The translations under genes and the position numbers were made by a program. DNA of 64,000 nucleotides from Curvularia clavata (Eukaryota), in NCBI GenBank assembly GCA_023920165.1, contig CP089277.1, positions 1,488,001 to 1,552,000 on the forward strand, in the 5' to 3' direction. The number at the start of each line of letters is the position of its first letter. Positions within the stretch are counted from its first letter, which is position 1. Shown one piece after another: positions 47,406 through 61,184 of this stretch. The notes beneath the pieces are model-generated. The model was not told the origin of the DNA. It did no database searches and saw only the letters and a program-made list of their open reading frames with translations.

Positions 47406-48913
47406 GTCGAACCATAAACGACCGTGATGGAGCCAGAAAGGTTATTTGAAAGAACAATCGTTAAGACGGATGAATTGCGGTTCAGTAAGATGTATTGCAA
47501 AAGGAATTGAAGTGAAAGCTAGGTGTATGAACAGATGTTCGTAATAAGGCGGCTCGTACCCTATTGATAAAGAAACGGCAGCAGTGTTGAACCTGCAGGA
47601 GCATGTTTTGTGACGTACTAATAATGCAGGAACCAGAAGGTGCCAAACAAACCTTACGAGAGATGCGATTACACGCCTCCGAACATGGCATTCATCTTTA
47701 CTGGTCGTCTCCACCCCGCAGTGCATTCCATCTAAACTTAGCGTGCTAGGCCATATTGGGTTGATCCAGGGATGGACGGGCCATACCCTAAGTCTCAGCC
47801 CTTTGGTTTCACGTAGCCCGAGGCGCTTGCAACGCCTCAAAGTGCCAATAGTCCCAAGTCTGAATGTAACAGGGATGTGAGGATACCACTGGGCAGCGGT
47901 AGGCGCATTGTGTACTCCGTACACAGCCCTACACACAAGGCTGGACTATCTGCGTAGCCTGCATTTCCTAATCTGTCGGTACCTGCTGCACGGCCATCGG
48001 TTTATTGCTGATCTCTTTGTTAATATCCTCTTTGTGTAATCTGTATGTGAAGCGAAGTAAGAGACTTGGTAGTGGTTTCGAGATACGATTACGTAGACGC
48101 ACATGAAGCCGCTGAAAAGACCTAATAGCTGACGGTGCTAGTAGATTTGTGCGTTGTAGGTGTTCAGTCGGTCCAAGAGATGGTTGTTCGGACCAGTCAA
48201 CTTCAGCAAGGGACGTGTCGTTACCCTACAGAGACCATTCCTCAACAATAGCGATGTCTCGAAGCGAGGCTAGATAGTTGAACTACTTGAATGATTGCAC
48301 GCTTGAGGAGGGTGATGACCTAGACCAAGGCTTAGCTAGGTTGGGCCCAGGAGATTGGATCAAAGAGGCGGTCTGCTCTGCAGGGTCTTGCTACACCATG
48401 AATGAAGCTCTAGTCTGGGTCTATTGCTAGTGCATGTCAGGTACACCGTGCCGAATCCCACGTGGCAAGAGCGCGGGCACGAAAAAGGCGGTAACAATGA
48501 AAAAGTCAATTGGTGGTTGAGTCGAAGGGCCGAAGAGCCGAAAAGCGAAAGCCGAAAAGCCGAATATGCTCGTCGCCTGGTAAGATGCATTCTTTTGACC
48601 GCGAGGTTAGCTTGGGGGCGAACATCCATGCTAAGTGCCTGGTAAAGGACTTTGCATTGTTTCAGGATGAAGTTTAGATGGTGATGGCAGCTGGTCTATG
48701 TAAAGATGTCCATGAGGGGAGATCAGCATATTAATGCGGGCAATCTGATATGGTGCACGGCCAAACAACGGTAGGTGGCGCGTCATCCGCACGCCAACGC
48801 GGCGGTTCCCTCCATCTCGACATATCGCAACAGTGCCCGCCATTGCGCCCTTCCTGTTGTCTGGTCATTACTATTTACTGCAGTGATTCTTTGATTCTCT
48901 TCGCTACACCACC

Positions 48914-49516
48914 ATGGACCCCGACGCCCCTATCGCCAATGAGCCCCAACCTTCCATCTTCCGCTGGATCCTAGGATTCCTTATGGTTGGCGCATGCTGG
49001 GGACTTACAACGCCCTTTATGAGACGAGCTTTGGCGTACGTTGACAATCTTGAATATAAAATTCTGCTTAATATCTGCACATGGCTGAACTACGGACCGT
49101 ACGCTGACTGCTGCGTTCCAGGAACTACACGCCGCCCGAGCGCCCCGCCCTTACCGATCCCAATAACTCGTGGCTCAAGAAAAAAGTGCTCGGTGTCTTG
49201 TACGCAGTCATTGGAGCACTTAGTCGACCAGCCTATACTATACCGTTGCTGCTCAACGTCACTGGCAGTGTGTGGTTCTTTATATTGATAGGCAAAGCGG
49301 AATTGAGTCTCACGGTGCCTATCACAAACTCACTCGCATTTCTGTTCACTGTACTGGGCGAGTGGTGGGCAGAGAAAAAGGTCATTGGTAGGAGTATGTT
49401 TCGATCCAGCTTGGGAGAGAGAAATCTAGTTCTGATACTGATATACTACAGATACATGGATAGGCATGGCCCTTGTGCTTGGTGGCATTAGCCTGTGTGT
49501 ACAAAGCAAGTCGTAG
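48914..49516 (+). CDS. TMEM234: Transmembrane protein 234 homologue (EamA/DMT-like)
   Basis: VGACWGLTTPF, PLLLNVTGSVWF, ELSLTVPITNSLAF; introns 49036-49121 and 49394-49451. Confidence 0.88.
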
Positions 49517-49542
49517 TAATTACAACTTTTGCAAGAACACAT

Positions 49543-50603
49543 CTACCAATCCTTGGCAAGCCTGTTACCCGAATCTGACCCGTTTGCCCCATTTGCAGCT
49601 ACCGCCTTGTCCTGATACAGTTTTGAGAAGCCTTGTGCTGGCGGTTGCAGCCAATTCCTCTCGTCGTATTTGTGCTCGCCCTCGATGACGTGGAATGTAT
49701 ATATGTTCCTGCTCTTGTCACTTGTATTCCTCTCGCTCTTGTGAAGGATGTTGCCATGGATCAAAACCAGGGTTCCGGCCTTGACTTCACCCATGTCATA
49801 CTTCTCCTCCTTCTCCACCATCTCGTATCCCTTCTCTCCCTGACTCTCTGGCTTTATGCTTTGTGGAAACTTGGCCCCGTCGTTGTCGATGAAACCAGTT
49901 CCGCCACCCAACCTCACAAACCTTTTCTCGACTGCAGCTCGCTTATGGCTCCCAGCAGCAAAGCTCAGACACCCGTTTTCTTTTGTAGCATCCTCAAGAG
50001 CATACCACCAGCCTACGGCGCTGGGCGGGTCAGTATACAAGAATGTGCTGTCCTGATGTGGTGGCACGGCACCGCCTATCTCCGGCTGCTTGCAGATGAC
50101 CATGGATTGGAGGACGCGGGGGTCGCGGAACCCAAGGGATGAGGCAATGGCGGCATTGCGCTCAGAGAGGGAGATGCTGCGAAACGAAGGCGAAAGTTCG
50201 TGCAAGTAGTGGCCGATCTTGTTGATCGCACGGTGTTTGGGCTTGGTCAGAGAGCCGGATTTGTCAAACGCGTCTATCGTTGTATGAGTCGATTGCCCTG
50301 TATGTATGTTCTATGACTTGAGCGCAAGAAGCGCGACTTACCCTCTTCAAAGAAGAAGCGGACTTTGTCTCCAGACTCCAAAAAGTAGCTGTCTCCTACA
50401 TGGTCTGCGCCGTCCTCGCCTCCTGTGGAGAACTTGGTCATGGGATGGTCATCTAGCGAGAAGTCGTTGAGCATCTTGTTGGTGTCATCTAGGAGCTGCT
50501 TCACAGTGTCTTGTGACAGCGCATCTGGTATCAGAAGATAGCCATTCTCATTGAAGAAAGTGAGCTGCTCCGGCGTGAGGCCTTGGGCGGTTTGGACAGT
50601 CAT
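49543..50603 (-). CDS. Phytanoyl-CoA dioxygenase family protein (PhyH/PHYHD1-like Fe/2OG enzyme)
   Basis: FNENGYL, KVRFFFEE, INKIGH, QSMVICKQP, HQD iron motif and distal His in LHKS; intron 50341-50274. Confidence 0.93.
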
Positions 50604-53074
50604 TTTGGCGTGAACGGGGAGCTCCTTGGACAAATTGTGGTGCTATGAGCCTTGTGGAAGAAGGCGGATTCGCAAGGTGCCATCGTACCATCAATGCCGT
50701 GACTAGGCGTCGGAGCTGGCCGTCGACTCACCCAGCTGTTAAAGCTGCCCCGCTGCTGCCCCGCGTCGTCGGGTGCAATTCCGCCTCGAGCTCGGTTCCG
50801 CCCAGGGCAACAAGTCTTCTTCCTTCAGTCTACAGTATGACCCCATATCATGATATCCACCCCTGCATGAACCCATACCGAACGCCTTATCCGAGGAAGG
50901 AACGTATATATCGATCGCCGGGAATGCTGACAGCTTAAACGACACGTGGTGGCTTAGCAGGCTGTGGTACCCTGGGGCTTACAATGGCTTTTTCGGTTAT
51001 TACTATGCGCACCGTGGTGTCGCTAATAGAGGGTTTTTTTCTTTGTAGCAAGTCGATGTTTGTTGTAAAACAATAGTCTGCCTAGCGGCAAGAGCAAGAT
51101 TTTGGAGATCCAGAAGCCATCCAAAACCCCTCCTAGGTCAATAATCAGATCTCACGCGTTTCAAACGGTGGACTGTCAACCACCTAACAGCCAGGAAGTA
51201 TGAGAGTTTGTTTCATGAAACGAATGCCAGCCATTTCCTCGTTCCTCGTACTAAATGTTTACAATGGTCGAGACGAGCACGTGACACATCAACGAAAAGT
51301 CCCAATCCGACACGAACCAAGACGACCCCTTCGTAGAACACGAGTTGACGGCACAAAGGCTTCCAAAAAGCTCACACTACCAGCTGAGGTCATAGATTTG
51401 CATGCTCATTACTTCAAGGCAAACGCCAATGACAGTGCGGCGGTCTCTAATACTGATGAAACTTGGCTGACTGGCCTTTGTTAGGCATCCCGTCATCGAT
51501 GCTGCATCGCATGGTTGTTCAAAATTTGGGGGCCAAGATAGACACGCACTTGGCAAATCCCGCCGTCAGCCGTAACTATAGATCAAGGTGATTGGCTTTT
51601 GCGAAAAATCCCGAGCGATCAGAGCGGGGTTTGTATTGAGCATCTGACCGCTTATGACTACGATAAGGCATGCAAAAATATCACTGTATGACACCCTGCT
51701 CTCCGGAACATGTATCAGATTCGTCTTCTTACCTTGCAGAGCCAAGGGCGGCTGGTACGTAAGTGTCCACAGCGGGAATCCATCTATACGAGAGATAACA
51801 CATCAGGTTAGTACTGCCCGAGCATGTGCTAGCCAACTTAAAAGCAGCACTCGGATTGTGTTAGATTAGATACCAGAATAAGTCCTTCAAGCCGCATTCA
51901 TGGTAAGCGAACGGAAATCCGCCTGGTATAGAAAGCCTTCACCTGGTTGGGGGTTTTGGAGAGGGACCAGATTGTAGATTGAACATCGGATGCCTCTTCT
52001 GATGACTCGCCTAGCTATGCAAGGACCCACGCACGACTTCCATCTGCCCCTCCTCTCAGCAATACCTAAGCTTGTTATTCACCTATCCAGGACTTTGATA
52101 GCGATCCTGTCCAGCGGCTTCTGCGTTCATACATAGCTAATGCAAACTTTCACCTTATGTCTAGCCAGGTGCAGGCATGGGAATATCTCTAAAGGTACAT
52201 ATCCAAGTCTACGGCTAAACGCAGTCTCCTGGAGATTATCTTTCACCCTCAGTATCACTCGCTAAAGCACACATGCTAGATACACGGAATTATCCGGCCC
52301 TTCAGCCTGCAGATGAATGAGTCGGCATATGTAAGATGGCACCTGCAGCATCAACCTAGCCGCGTCTATTAGGCCCCCAATGAATATTTTCTTAGCCCAG
52401 TCCAAGTTGCTAACCATCCCATGTGTAGAAATGTCTTTCGCACCGTCACATTGAAAAAAAGGACATATAATACCAAAGTAAATGTATCCCGTAGCTGCTT
52501 GCAGAGCAAAATAGTCGTGTAAGAATACCCGGTCTTGTAAATCATATTTTCATCTTATGCTTCGAGGCGGTATTGGCCACGATCAGACAGGGGTTACTCC
52601 GCATTTATAGGCGCCTATGCAGCCTCTCCCTCTAGCATGAGATGTGGCGTAGTACCTCAAATGGCCAAAGTGCCGGTTGGCGCAGTTTCCTCAAGCGTCG
52701 CTAATTGCACGATGCATATATACGCGTAACCTTGCTCCGGGGAGCTTAGACGATGTTCAGTTCATATAATTACCCCAATCTCGCCTGTTTCTGACATATT
52801 ATATACTCTTCTTCTGCTATTGCTATTTCATGTCTTGGTCTCACCATCGACTTCTTCGAACAGGAACTTCATGACAAGAAGACTAACTAATCATATTGTT
52901 GATATTCAGGAATTTCAATCTGGCACAGATACTAACGTATCTCATTTGTTGAATTCGATTGCAGATTGTCTCCACCAAAATACTTATGAGCGCGACGATA
53001 TCGATATTGCCAAAGCCAGATATCTAGTGAAATACTGAGCGGCGATAGGATCGTAACGCCGAACGTATCTCGAA

Positions 53075-56000
53075 ATGAGATCTTCAAGTAGCGAAGGTGG
53101 CTCTCAGCCATCCCCTACTGAGAAAAACACCGTTGAGCCAATCGCAATCGTCGGCTTTGGGTTCAAATTCCCCCAAGATATCACCAACGCTGAGAGCCTA
53201 TGGAACCTCCTCATCGAGCGCCGGTCAACCATGACCGAGATTCCTAAGAATCGGTGGAACATCGATGGTTTCTACAAGGAGAATGGCCACAGACCAGGCA
53301 CGGTTAAGAATCGTGGTGGTCATTTCCTTGCCGATGACCCAGCACGTTTTGATGCACCCTTTTTCTCCATCCAGCCGGCTGAGGCGGAGTGTATGGATCC
53401 TCAGCAGCGCTTACTACTTGAGACGAGCTACCACGCTCTTGAGAATGGTATTTATGAGTTAGCTCGGGAGTAAATTAAACCCTTACTAATATTGGCCTAC
53501 TTCTAGCTGGCATCACTATGCAAGCAGCTATAGGCACCCGCACTTCCGTCCACGTGGGCTGTCTGCTCCAAGAGTACAACCAGATAACCCAAAGAGATGC
53601 CCAAATGCCTGGTGACTACCGCATTGTCGGCTCCAGCGGCTTAGCTATGCTGTCAAATCGGCTAAGCTGGTTCTATGACTTCAGCGGACCGAGTATGACT
53701 GTAGACACGGCTTGCTCTGGAGGCCTTGTTGCTCTCCATCTCGCATGTCAGGAGTTACTAGCCGGAAATGTCAATATGGTAAGTCATCTCCCATGAAATC
53801 CCCTCAATTAGACGGCTGACGATACACAGTCACTTGTATGCGGAAGCAATCTATGCTTGCTCCCCGACTCGACGGCGTTGCTGAGCAGTCTCAACATGAT
53901 GTCCAAAGATAGTGTTTGCTATTCTTTTGACGAGCGAGCCTCTGGATACGCACGAGGTGAGGGTTTCGGAGTTTTAGTTCTCAAACGACTTTCTGAGGCC
54001 ATTGCCGATGGCAACAACATCCGTGGTGTTATTCGGTCAACCGGTTGCGGCCAGGATGGCAACACACCCAGTATCACATCGCCCAATCAATCTGCACAGG
54101 AGCGCCTCATCCGCGAGACATACGCAAGAGCAGGTCTCAGCCTCGAAGAAACTCGCTACTTTGAAGCCCATGGCACTGGAACGCCTGTCGGCGATCCGTG
54201 TGAAGCAGCGGCTATCAACAGTGTCTTTTCCGCTCGGACGCCCGAAGACCCCATGTTCGTAGGCGCGATCAAATCTAACATGGGCCACCCTGAAGGTGCA
54301 AGCGGCATCGCCGGAGTGATCAAAGCATTGCTGGTGCTGGAAAAGGGCATTATTCCTCCGAATGTTTACCCTGAGCGCATCAACCCCGCCGTCGCAGCTG
54401 CGGGACCAAACTTGAAATTTCCCTTGGAGCCTACAATATGGCCTAAGAGTGGGCTTCGGCGTGTAAGCGTAAACTCTTTCGGATACGGCGGAACGAATGC
54501 ACATGTTGTTATCGACGACGCACTCCACTTTCTTCGCCAGAAGGGCCTAGAGGGTCGACACTGCACTGAGGATATTCACAAGATCGAAGACGTGAAGCAT
54601 GATGATTACGGTCAAGCTTCAATATTGAGCGAATCCACTAACGGAGATCGATCTGAGGTTGCTTCTTCTGACCACACACCTCCTGGCTCTACTGACGACT
54701 TTGAGGGGACTCATGCTTTTACAAGCGAAGATAAAAAATCTGCCTTAAAGCTGTTAGTTGTTTCTGCATTTGACGAGAGAGCAGTGCATCGGTCCATCGA
54801 TAGGCTTCAGAAATGGATGCTCGATCATCTGAATAACGACAATCGCGACCAACTTCTCGACAATCTTGCGTATACACTAGCAGAAAAACGTACAAAATTC
54901 CCATGGAAGACTGCGTGCGTCGCTTCAACAGACTCTCAGGCTGAATTAGCATGGTCGCCCCCTGTGCGATCGAAACAAAACTTGAAAATCTGCTTCGTTT
55001 TCACGGGACAAGGCGCACAATGGCACGGAATGGGTCTTGAACTCATGAGATATGAGATTTTCTCCAAAACAATGAAAGAAGCGGATCAGTACTTTCGGTC
55101 GCTGGGAAGTTCGTGGTCCTTACTCAGTGAGTATTCCTAATTTATTGACAATGCATAACACGCATACTAACCCCAGCAGATGAGTTGTACACCAAACCCG
55201 AACATGAATCGGCCATTCATAAGCCAGAACTGAGCCAACCCATATGCACAGCACTCCAAGTTGCACTTTTTGACCTCCTGACTTCCTGGAACGTCAGCGG
55301 ATCCCTATCTGTGGGGCATTCTTCAGGTGAAATCGCTGCCGCATATGCCAGCCGTGCTATTTCGCGTGAATCCGCCTGGATGGTTGCGTACTTCCGTGGT
55401 TTAGCAGTGGGAATTACGCAGACACTCAGCTCGTCTAATGGTGCCATGGTAGCTGTTCAAGCCCCTCTGAAGTCCTGGAAACATTTGCTGGACGAACAAA
55501 ACGATGCATCTACGGACGGCCCCATCGTCATAGCTTGCTACAACAGTCTGCAAAGCTTCACCCTCTCGGGACCGCGTGAGGCCATTCATCGACTCGTCTC
55601 AAGCCTGAAAGAATCGAACATCGAAGTGCATGTGCTCAAGATTGATGTTGCTTATCATTCCCCTTATATGAAGCCAGTAGCTGAGATCTACCACAAGCTT
55701 CTCCGCGAGATTGAGCCCGGAGAGTCATTAGGTGGCTCTCAACCCTCATTCGTGTCGACCGTGATTGGAAAAGCCTTGGATGACGACGCTGAGCTGCGAA
55801 CCGCAGAGTACTGGAACCAGAATCTCACCGGCTCCGTCAGGTTTTCTATTGCTCTGGAAAGCATCTGCGCGAGACCTGATGCCTCGTCCTACTGCTTCGT
55901 CGAGATTGGTCCTCACTCTGCCCTGCGCTCGCCTCTCAGCGACATACTGAAAGCTGCAGGTAGAGACGTCGCTTCAGATTACGCTTCGGTCCTGCGGCGT

Positions 56001-59000
56001 GGTCATGCAGCGGACATCACGGCTCTGCAATGTGCAGGGAGACTCTACACCCTCGGCATACCGACAAACCTCTCTGCTGTCAACGAGGGCGCTGATCCTA
56101 CTACTGCCACTGGACCAAATCTACTCACCTCCCTCCCCAGCTACCCCTTCGAAGACAAAAAGAGATACTGGCTCGAAGGCCGAACCAGCATCCAATACCG
56201 ACAAACACAATTCGTGCACCACGAGCTTCTCGGGTCCCGTACACCGGATTGGAACCCGCATGAAGCACGCTGGACAAATCGCATTCTGCTGGAGCAGTCG
56301 CCATACCTCAAGGACCATCAGATCAACGGACTGTGCCTAATGCCCGCTGCAGGCATGCTCGTTATGGCTATCGAGGCAGTGCGTCAGTTCTATGGCGACA
56401 CAACAATTGGTGCATCTGGATACAAGATGCGCGACGTCTCGTTTACAAAGGCTATGACGTTGTCTGCAGACCCACGCGGAACAGAAATACAACTTACACT
56501 GCGTCCTGCGAGCGTTGATTCGCGAGATGCGAAGCTCGGAAGCATGTGGGATCATTTTTCGCTTTATGTGTATGAGAACGATGCATGGCATTTATGCTGC
56601 TCGGGCGCCATCGCAATCACATATGGCGAGACGAGTAGGACCGTAGCCGAAGTGCATAGCGAGAGGTTTAAGAACGTCTTTTCTGCTGCCGAGCAATGCC
56701 ACACCAATATTAGCAGCGAAGATGTCTACAATGCATTCGACAGGGCTGGTCTATGCTACGGTCCCACGTTCCGCGGCATGCGGACAGTCAAGTGGGATGA
56801 GCAGAGCCAGCAGGCAGTGTCCTCGATTGGCCTCCGTGAATGGCAAAAGCACGCCAAATTTCCATACACAGATGCGCATCTTATTCATCCGGCTGCGCTG
56901 GATACTATATTACAAGTCACATTTCCTGCGTATTCTATTTTCGCAAAGAGTGCGTCCGCAACGACCGTCCCTACGGGCTTCAACAATGCGTGGTTCTCGG
57001 CTGGTTTGCTGCATGCGTCAGATGAGGCAAAGAGTGTCCAGGTGCATGCGCAGGTCATGGGTTGTGGGTTTAGAAACAAGCTTTTCTCTGTCAGTGCTGC
57101 GAACGAAGACGATAAGCGGCTTTACTTTTATGGGGAGCTCGAGACTTCGACAATTGGGAGGAGCGGCGCACCTACAGATGAAGATCAGGCGGCAAATGTT
57201 CTGTATCGGATTGACTGGCAGCCTACAGACTTCTCTGGTCTGGACTTGAAAGACAAGGCTGCCCTGGATTCTGCCGATTCAATAGTGTACATGGTGTACG
57301 ACGAATCAGACGATCTACAGCGCGACTTTGCAGAGGCGCTCAAACAAGTTGCAGTCGCAGAATTTGGGCTGGAAATAGTCGCAATCTCTTGGAAATCTGT
57401 CGCAGAACGCGATCTATCCAAGGCTACATGTGTTTTTCTCCCAGGCCTCGATGGCAAATTCCTAAGCCTTATGCAAGACGAAGATCTTGCCAAAATCAAG
57501 CAGCTGCTACCAACCGTCTCCAGGCTCATTTGGCCTTCACTGCAACATCAATTTCTGGACCAGAGTCCCAGAGAGGGCCTTGTATCAGGTCTCGTGCGCA
57601 CGCTAGCCACAGAGTCAGAAGACTACCATCTCATCAGCGTATGTCTGGATGGAACGAATGGAATGGGTAATCTTGCAACGAACCTCTCGAAAGTGATCAA
57701 GGCAAAATTGACGGAGCAAACTGATGATCCGGAAGATGAGTATTGGGAGATCAACAATGTGCTGTGCACCCCGCGTGTAGTTGACGATGCGGAACTCGTC
57801 GCACAAGTACTCCCGCCATCTAAGGAAGTAGCGACTGTTGTTTCTAAGCCCTGGGACGAACTGGAGAACCCGTTGCTTACAATTGGAGCTGCGGGTATTC
57901 TCAATACGCTTCACTACGAACAGGCACCTATGGAATACGGTACACTGGAAAGTGACGAGCATGTTCTACTGCAAGTCAAGGCAGTCGGACTCAATGCTCG
58001 CGATATCCAGGTTGCACTAGGCCAGGTACACGACGACGCCTTGGGAAGCGAGATAGCAGGCGTCGTTTTGCAAGTTGGTTCGTCATGCGCTTCGCATTTC
58101 CAGGTTGGCGACAATGTCTTTGGCATCACGCGTAATGGAGTTGCGCAAACCGCACAAAGCAAATTCTCCCAGCTGCAAAAGGTCCCCATGGACATGAGTT
58201 TTACTCAAGCAGTGACTTATCCCGTAGCACTTTGCACTGCGTACTATGGCTTGGTGCAAATTGCTCATGTTACGGAGAGCGACAAGGTGCTCATTCACGA
58301 TGCAGCCAGTGCACTGGGTCAAGCCGCTATCCAGATATGCCGGCTCCAAGGATGCATGGATGTTCTCTTGACTGTCGACTCAGTTGAGCAAATGGAATTC
58401 GTCCAAGATGCTTTCAACGCTCCTAAGTCGCATATTTTCCTCACTGGTGATTCGGGTCTTGAGCACAGTATCCAGCAATCGACCAACTACAAAGGCGTAG
58501 ATGTCATTATTGGTTCGACAGAAGCTGTCTGTGATTCCTGCAGCTGCATTGCTTCATTTGGGCGGATCATCGACGTGGGCGAGAAGCATAGATTTGTTTC
58601 AACAGCAAATCAGTCGAAAGAGACTTCGCTGCCGATAGCAGCAATGACAACTAAAAACGTCACATTTGCCAATATCAACTTCCAGGAGCTTGCGAACAGC
58701 CGTATTTTCAAAGAACTTTTCGAGAACGTCTGCCAGCTTATTGGCAGCGGCAAGATAGTATCTTCAGAACCACTCACCGTTTTCAAGCAAAGCGAAGTCG
58801 AGCAAGCTTTCCGCACTCTGCAAGATAAGAAGCTTGCAGGTAAAGTGGTCATTGAGATAGACAGCGATGAGACAGTCGATATGGAGGTCGCGCCGGTTAC
58901 GGCCAAGCCTCTTTTTCATGGGGATGCGAGCTACTTGGTTGCCGGTGCGTTTGGTGGTATAGGCCAGAGCATTGTTCAGTGGATGATACAGCAAGGAGCC

Positions 59001-60053
59001 AGGTACTTGATCCTACCATCACGGTGTCCAGTCGAAGGAACTGGATCTGAGCGCGAGCGTTTTGTACAAGAACTCCAGGCCCAAGGGGCAATTGTAAAAG
59101 CGCCTATTTGTGATGTTGCCAACAAGGATCAACTCCAGAGCACGCTAGACGCCCTCAACGACCTTCCAGCCATCAAAGGTTGCATCCAAACTGCTATGGT
59201 GATGCGAGATTCTTCGTTTGCCAACATGTCGGTCGAAAAATGGCATGAGTCACTTGCACCCAAGGTAGACGGCTCCTGGAACCTGCACCAGCTCTTACCC
59301 GAGAACCTTGACTTCTTCGTGATGCTTTCTTCGTCGACAGGAGTGCTTGGATCTTTTGGTCAATCAAACTACACAGTAGGCAACACATACCAAGACACCT
59401 TAGCCGCTCACCGGATGCGACATGGCCAGCGTGCGCATACCCTTGCGCTCAGCATGGTAACAGGCGTTGGATTTGTAGCGCAAAACGAGCAGGTACAAGC
59501 ACTGCTGCGCGTACGCGGCATGCTGGAAGAAGTATCCATGCAGGACATCTTCGATTTGCTGCGTTTCTGCTGTGATCCCAGTCGCGTCGATGCCAGCACT
59601 GTCGGCTCGCAGATTATCACGCCGCTGACGCTGCCTGCTGATCTGCGTGCAATGGGTATCGTAGCACCTCTTGGTAGCACGAGGCCCATCTACCACTATC
59701 TTGATACCCTTCCTGCGCGCGTATCAAGTAACATCGACGCAGACAAATCGCGCCCTTCGCATTTGCTCTCCGAAGCAAAGTCCCTCGCGCATGCCACGGA
59801 CATCATTGTCGAAGCAATCCAGTCGCAGTTGTCTAGCCTCCTCGTGGTAAGCAAAGACGACATTGACTCACAAAAGGCTATTTATCGGTACGGAGTCGAT
59901 TCTCTGGTAGCAGTTGAGATGCGGAACTGGTTTTCCAAGGCGGTGGGTGCGGATGTGAGCACGGCGGATATTATGAGTGACATTAGCATCTGGCTGCTGG
60001 CAGTCAAAGTTGCAGGAGCGAGTCGATTTGTTAGTGAAGAACTGAAGGAGTAA
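53075..60053 (+). CDS. Highly reducing iterative type I polyketide synthase, KS-AT-DH-ER-KR-ACP (~2271 aa)
   Basis: KS DTACS, HGTGT, NMGH; AT GHSSGE and AYHS; DH HQINGLCLMP and HPAALD; ER-like region; KR GAFGGIG and QSNY; ACP GVDSL. Introns 53448-53506, 53779-53829 and 55127-55179. Confidence 0.97.
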
Positions 60054-60194
60054 AAACTGCTGGGATTGAAGCTATGCGGGTATAGATAGAATAACTGACA
60101 ATGTCTATATGCGATCGACAATGGAGAGGACTAGTTTTACAAAGGCACTGTGCTATGATCAAGCGTGATCTGATTCTGATTCTGTCCCGAAAAT

Positions 60195-61184
60195 TTACTT
60201 TTGCAGCAAGGCCTGCTGCTCTTCTTTGGATATGCCGAACAGATATAAAACATCGAGCATGGTCTTGGAGTTCAAGCGAGCAGGGGCCTGGATCTGCACC
60301 TTTGGCTTAGCATGGAAAGCGACTCCCAGACCAGCTACGCCCATCATGGGAAGGTCGTTGGCGCCATCACCGATGCAAACGACCTGCTCTAAAAGAATGT
60401 TCTCCTTTTCCGCAATTTCGAGGACGTGTTGGCGTTTCTTCTGTGCATGGACAATTTCGCCTGTCAATTCACCGGTAAGGGTAGCTCCGTCATCCGAGAC
60501 AACAAGATGGTTCGCAAAGGCGTAGTCAAGGCCGAGTTGCTCGCCCATCCAGCCAGTCAGAGGGGTAAAACCACCGCTCAGGACTGCCGTCTTGAAACCC
60601 AGCCTTTTCAGCGCGGTAATGAGCTCCTTGACGCCCTCATTCAATGTTATCCGTGGCTTGAGCGTTTCAAAGACGCTACTGGGAACGCCTTTCAGCAGTT
60701 TGCATCGCGCACGTAAACTGGCCTCAAAGTCCAACTCGCCGTTCATGGCTGCGGCAGTAATAGCAGAGACCTCCTTCTCGACACCAATCAGCGAGGCGAT
60801 TTCGTCAATGACTTCTTGTTGTATCAGGGTGCTGTCCATGTCAAAGACAGCAAGCCTCTTGTATCGCCGGTGGACTGTATCTGCCTGAAAGACCCATTCC
60901 ACATTATAATGGCGCTCAAATTTTGCCACCTCCTCATGTCTTCGTAATGTCTCCAGCATGTCAGGTGATGCCCTACGCAGAGGGAAAGTAAACTCGGCCA
61001 CACGGCATTCCTTACTTGCCGCCAATTCCTTGTTGGCTATTTCATTGTCTGCCAAGCCCGGTACTATGGTTGTGAGCAGGGTGAAGACGTGCTCATTGGA
61101 ACAGTCGAGTGACTCGGATTTGGAAAAAAGGGTTGCGACGGCGCCGGTGGGCGGAACATTGGAGGTAGGAGGCTGGGCGGACAT
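60195..61184 (-). CDS. SER2: Phosphoserine phosphatase (HAD family)
   Basis: FDMDSTLI, AMNGELDF, LSGGF, GDGANDL. Confidence 0.95.
   Translation of the reverse strand: MSAQPPTSNVPPTGAVATLFSKSESLDCSNEHVFTLLTTIVPGLADNEIANKELAASKECRVAEFTFPLRRASPDMLETLRRHEEVAKFERHYNVEWVFQADTVHRRYKRLAVFDMDSTLIQQEVIDEIASLIGVEKEVSAITAAAMNGELDFEASLRARCKLLKGVPSSVFETLKPRITLNEGVKELITALKRLGFKTAVLSGGFTPLTGWMGEQLGLDYAFANHLVVSDDGATLTGELTGEIVHAQKKRQHVLEIAEKENILLEQVVCIGDGANDLPMMGVAGLGVAFHAKPKVQIQAPARLNSKTMLDVLYLFGISKEEQQALLQK

Noticed and set aside
47724..48594. Three CATTCY (AbaA-type) sites upstream of wetA
   Set aside because: Count is close to random expectation for a degenerate 6-mer over 1.5 kb.
50650..50990. Partial inverted repeats and GGGGCTTAC suggestive of RNase MRP RNA
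   Set aside because: No matching 5' P4 strand (GAAAGTCCCC-like); the region is adequately explained as the PhyH promoter.
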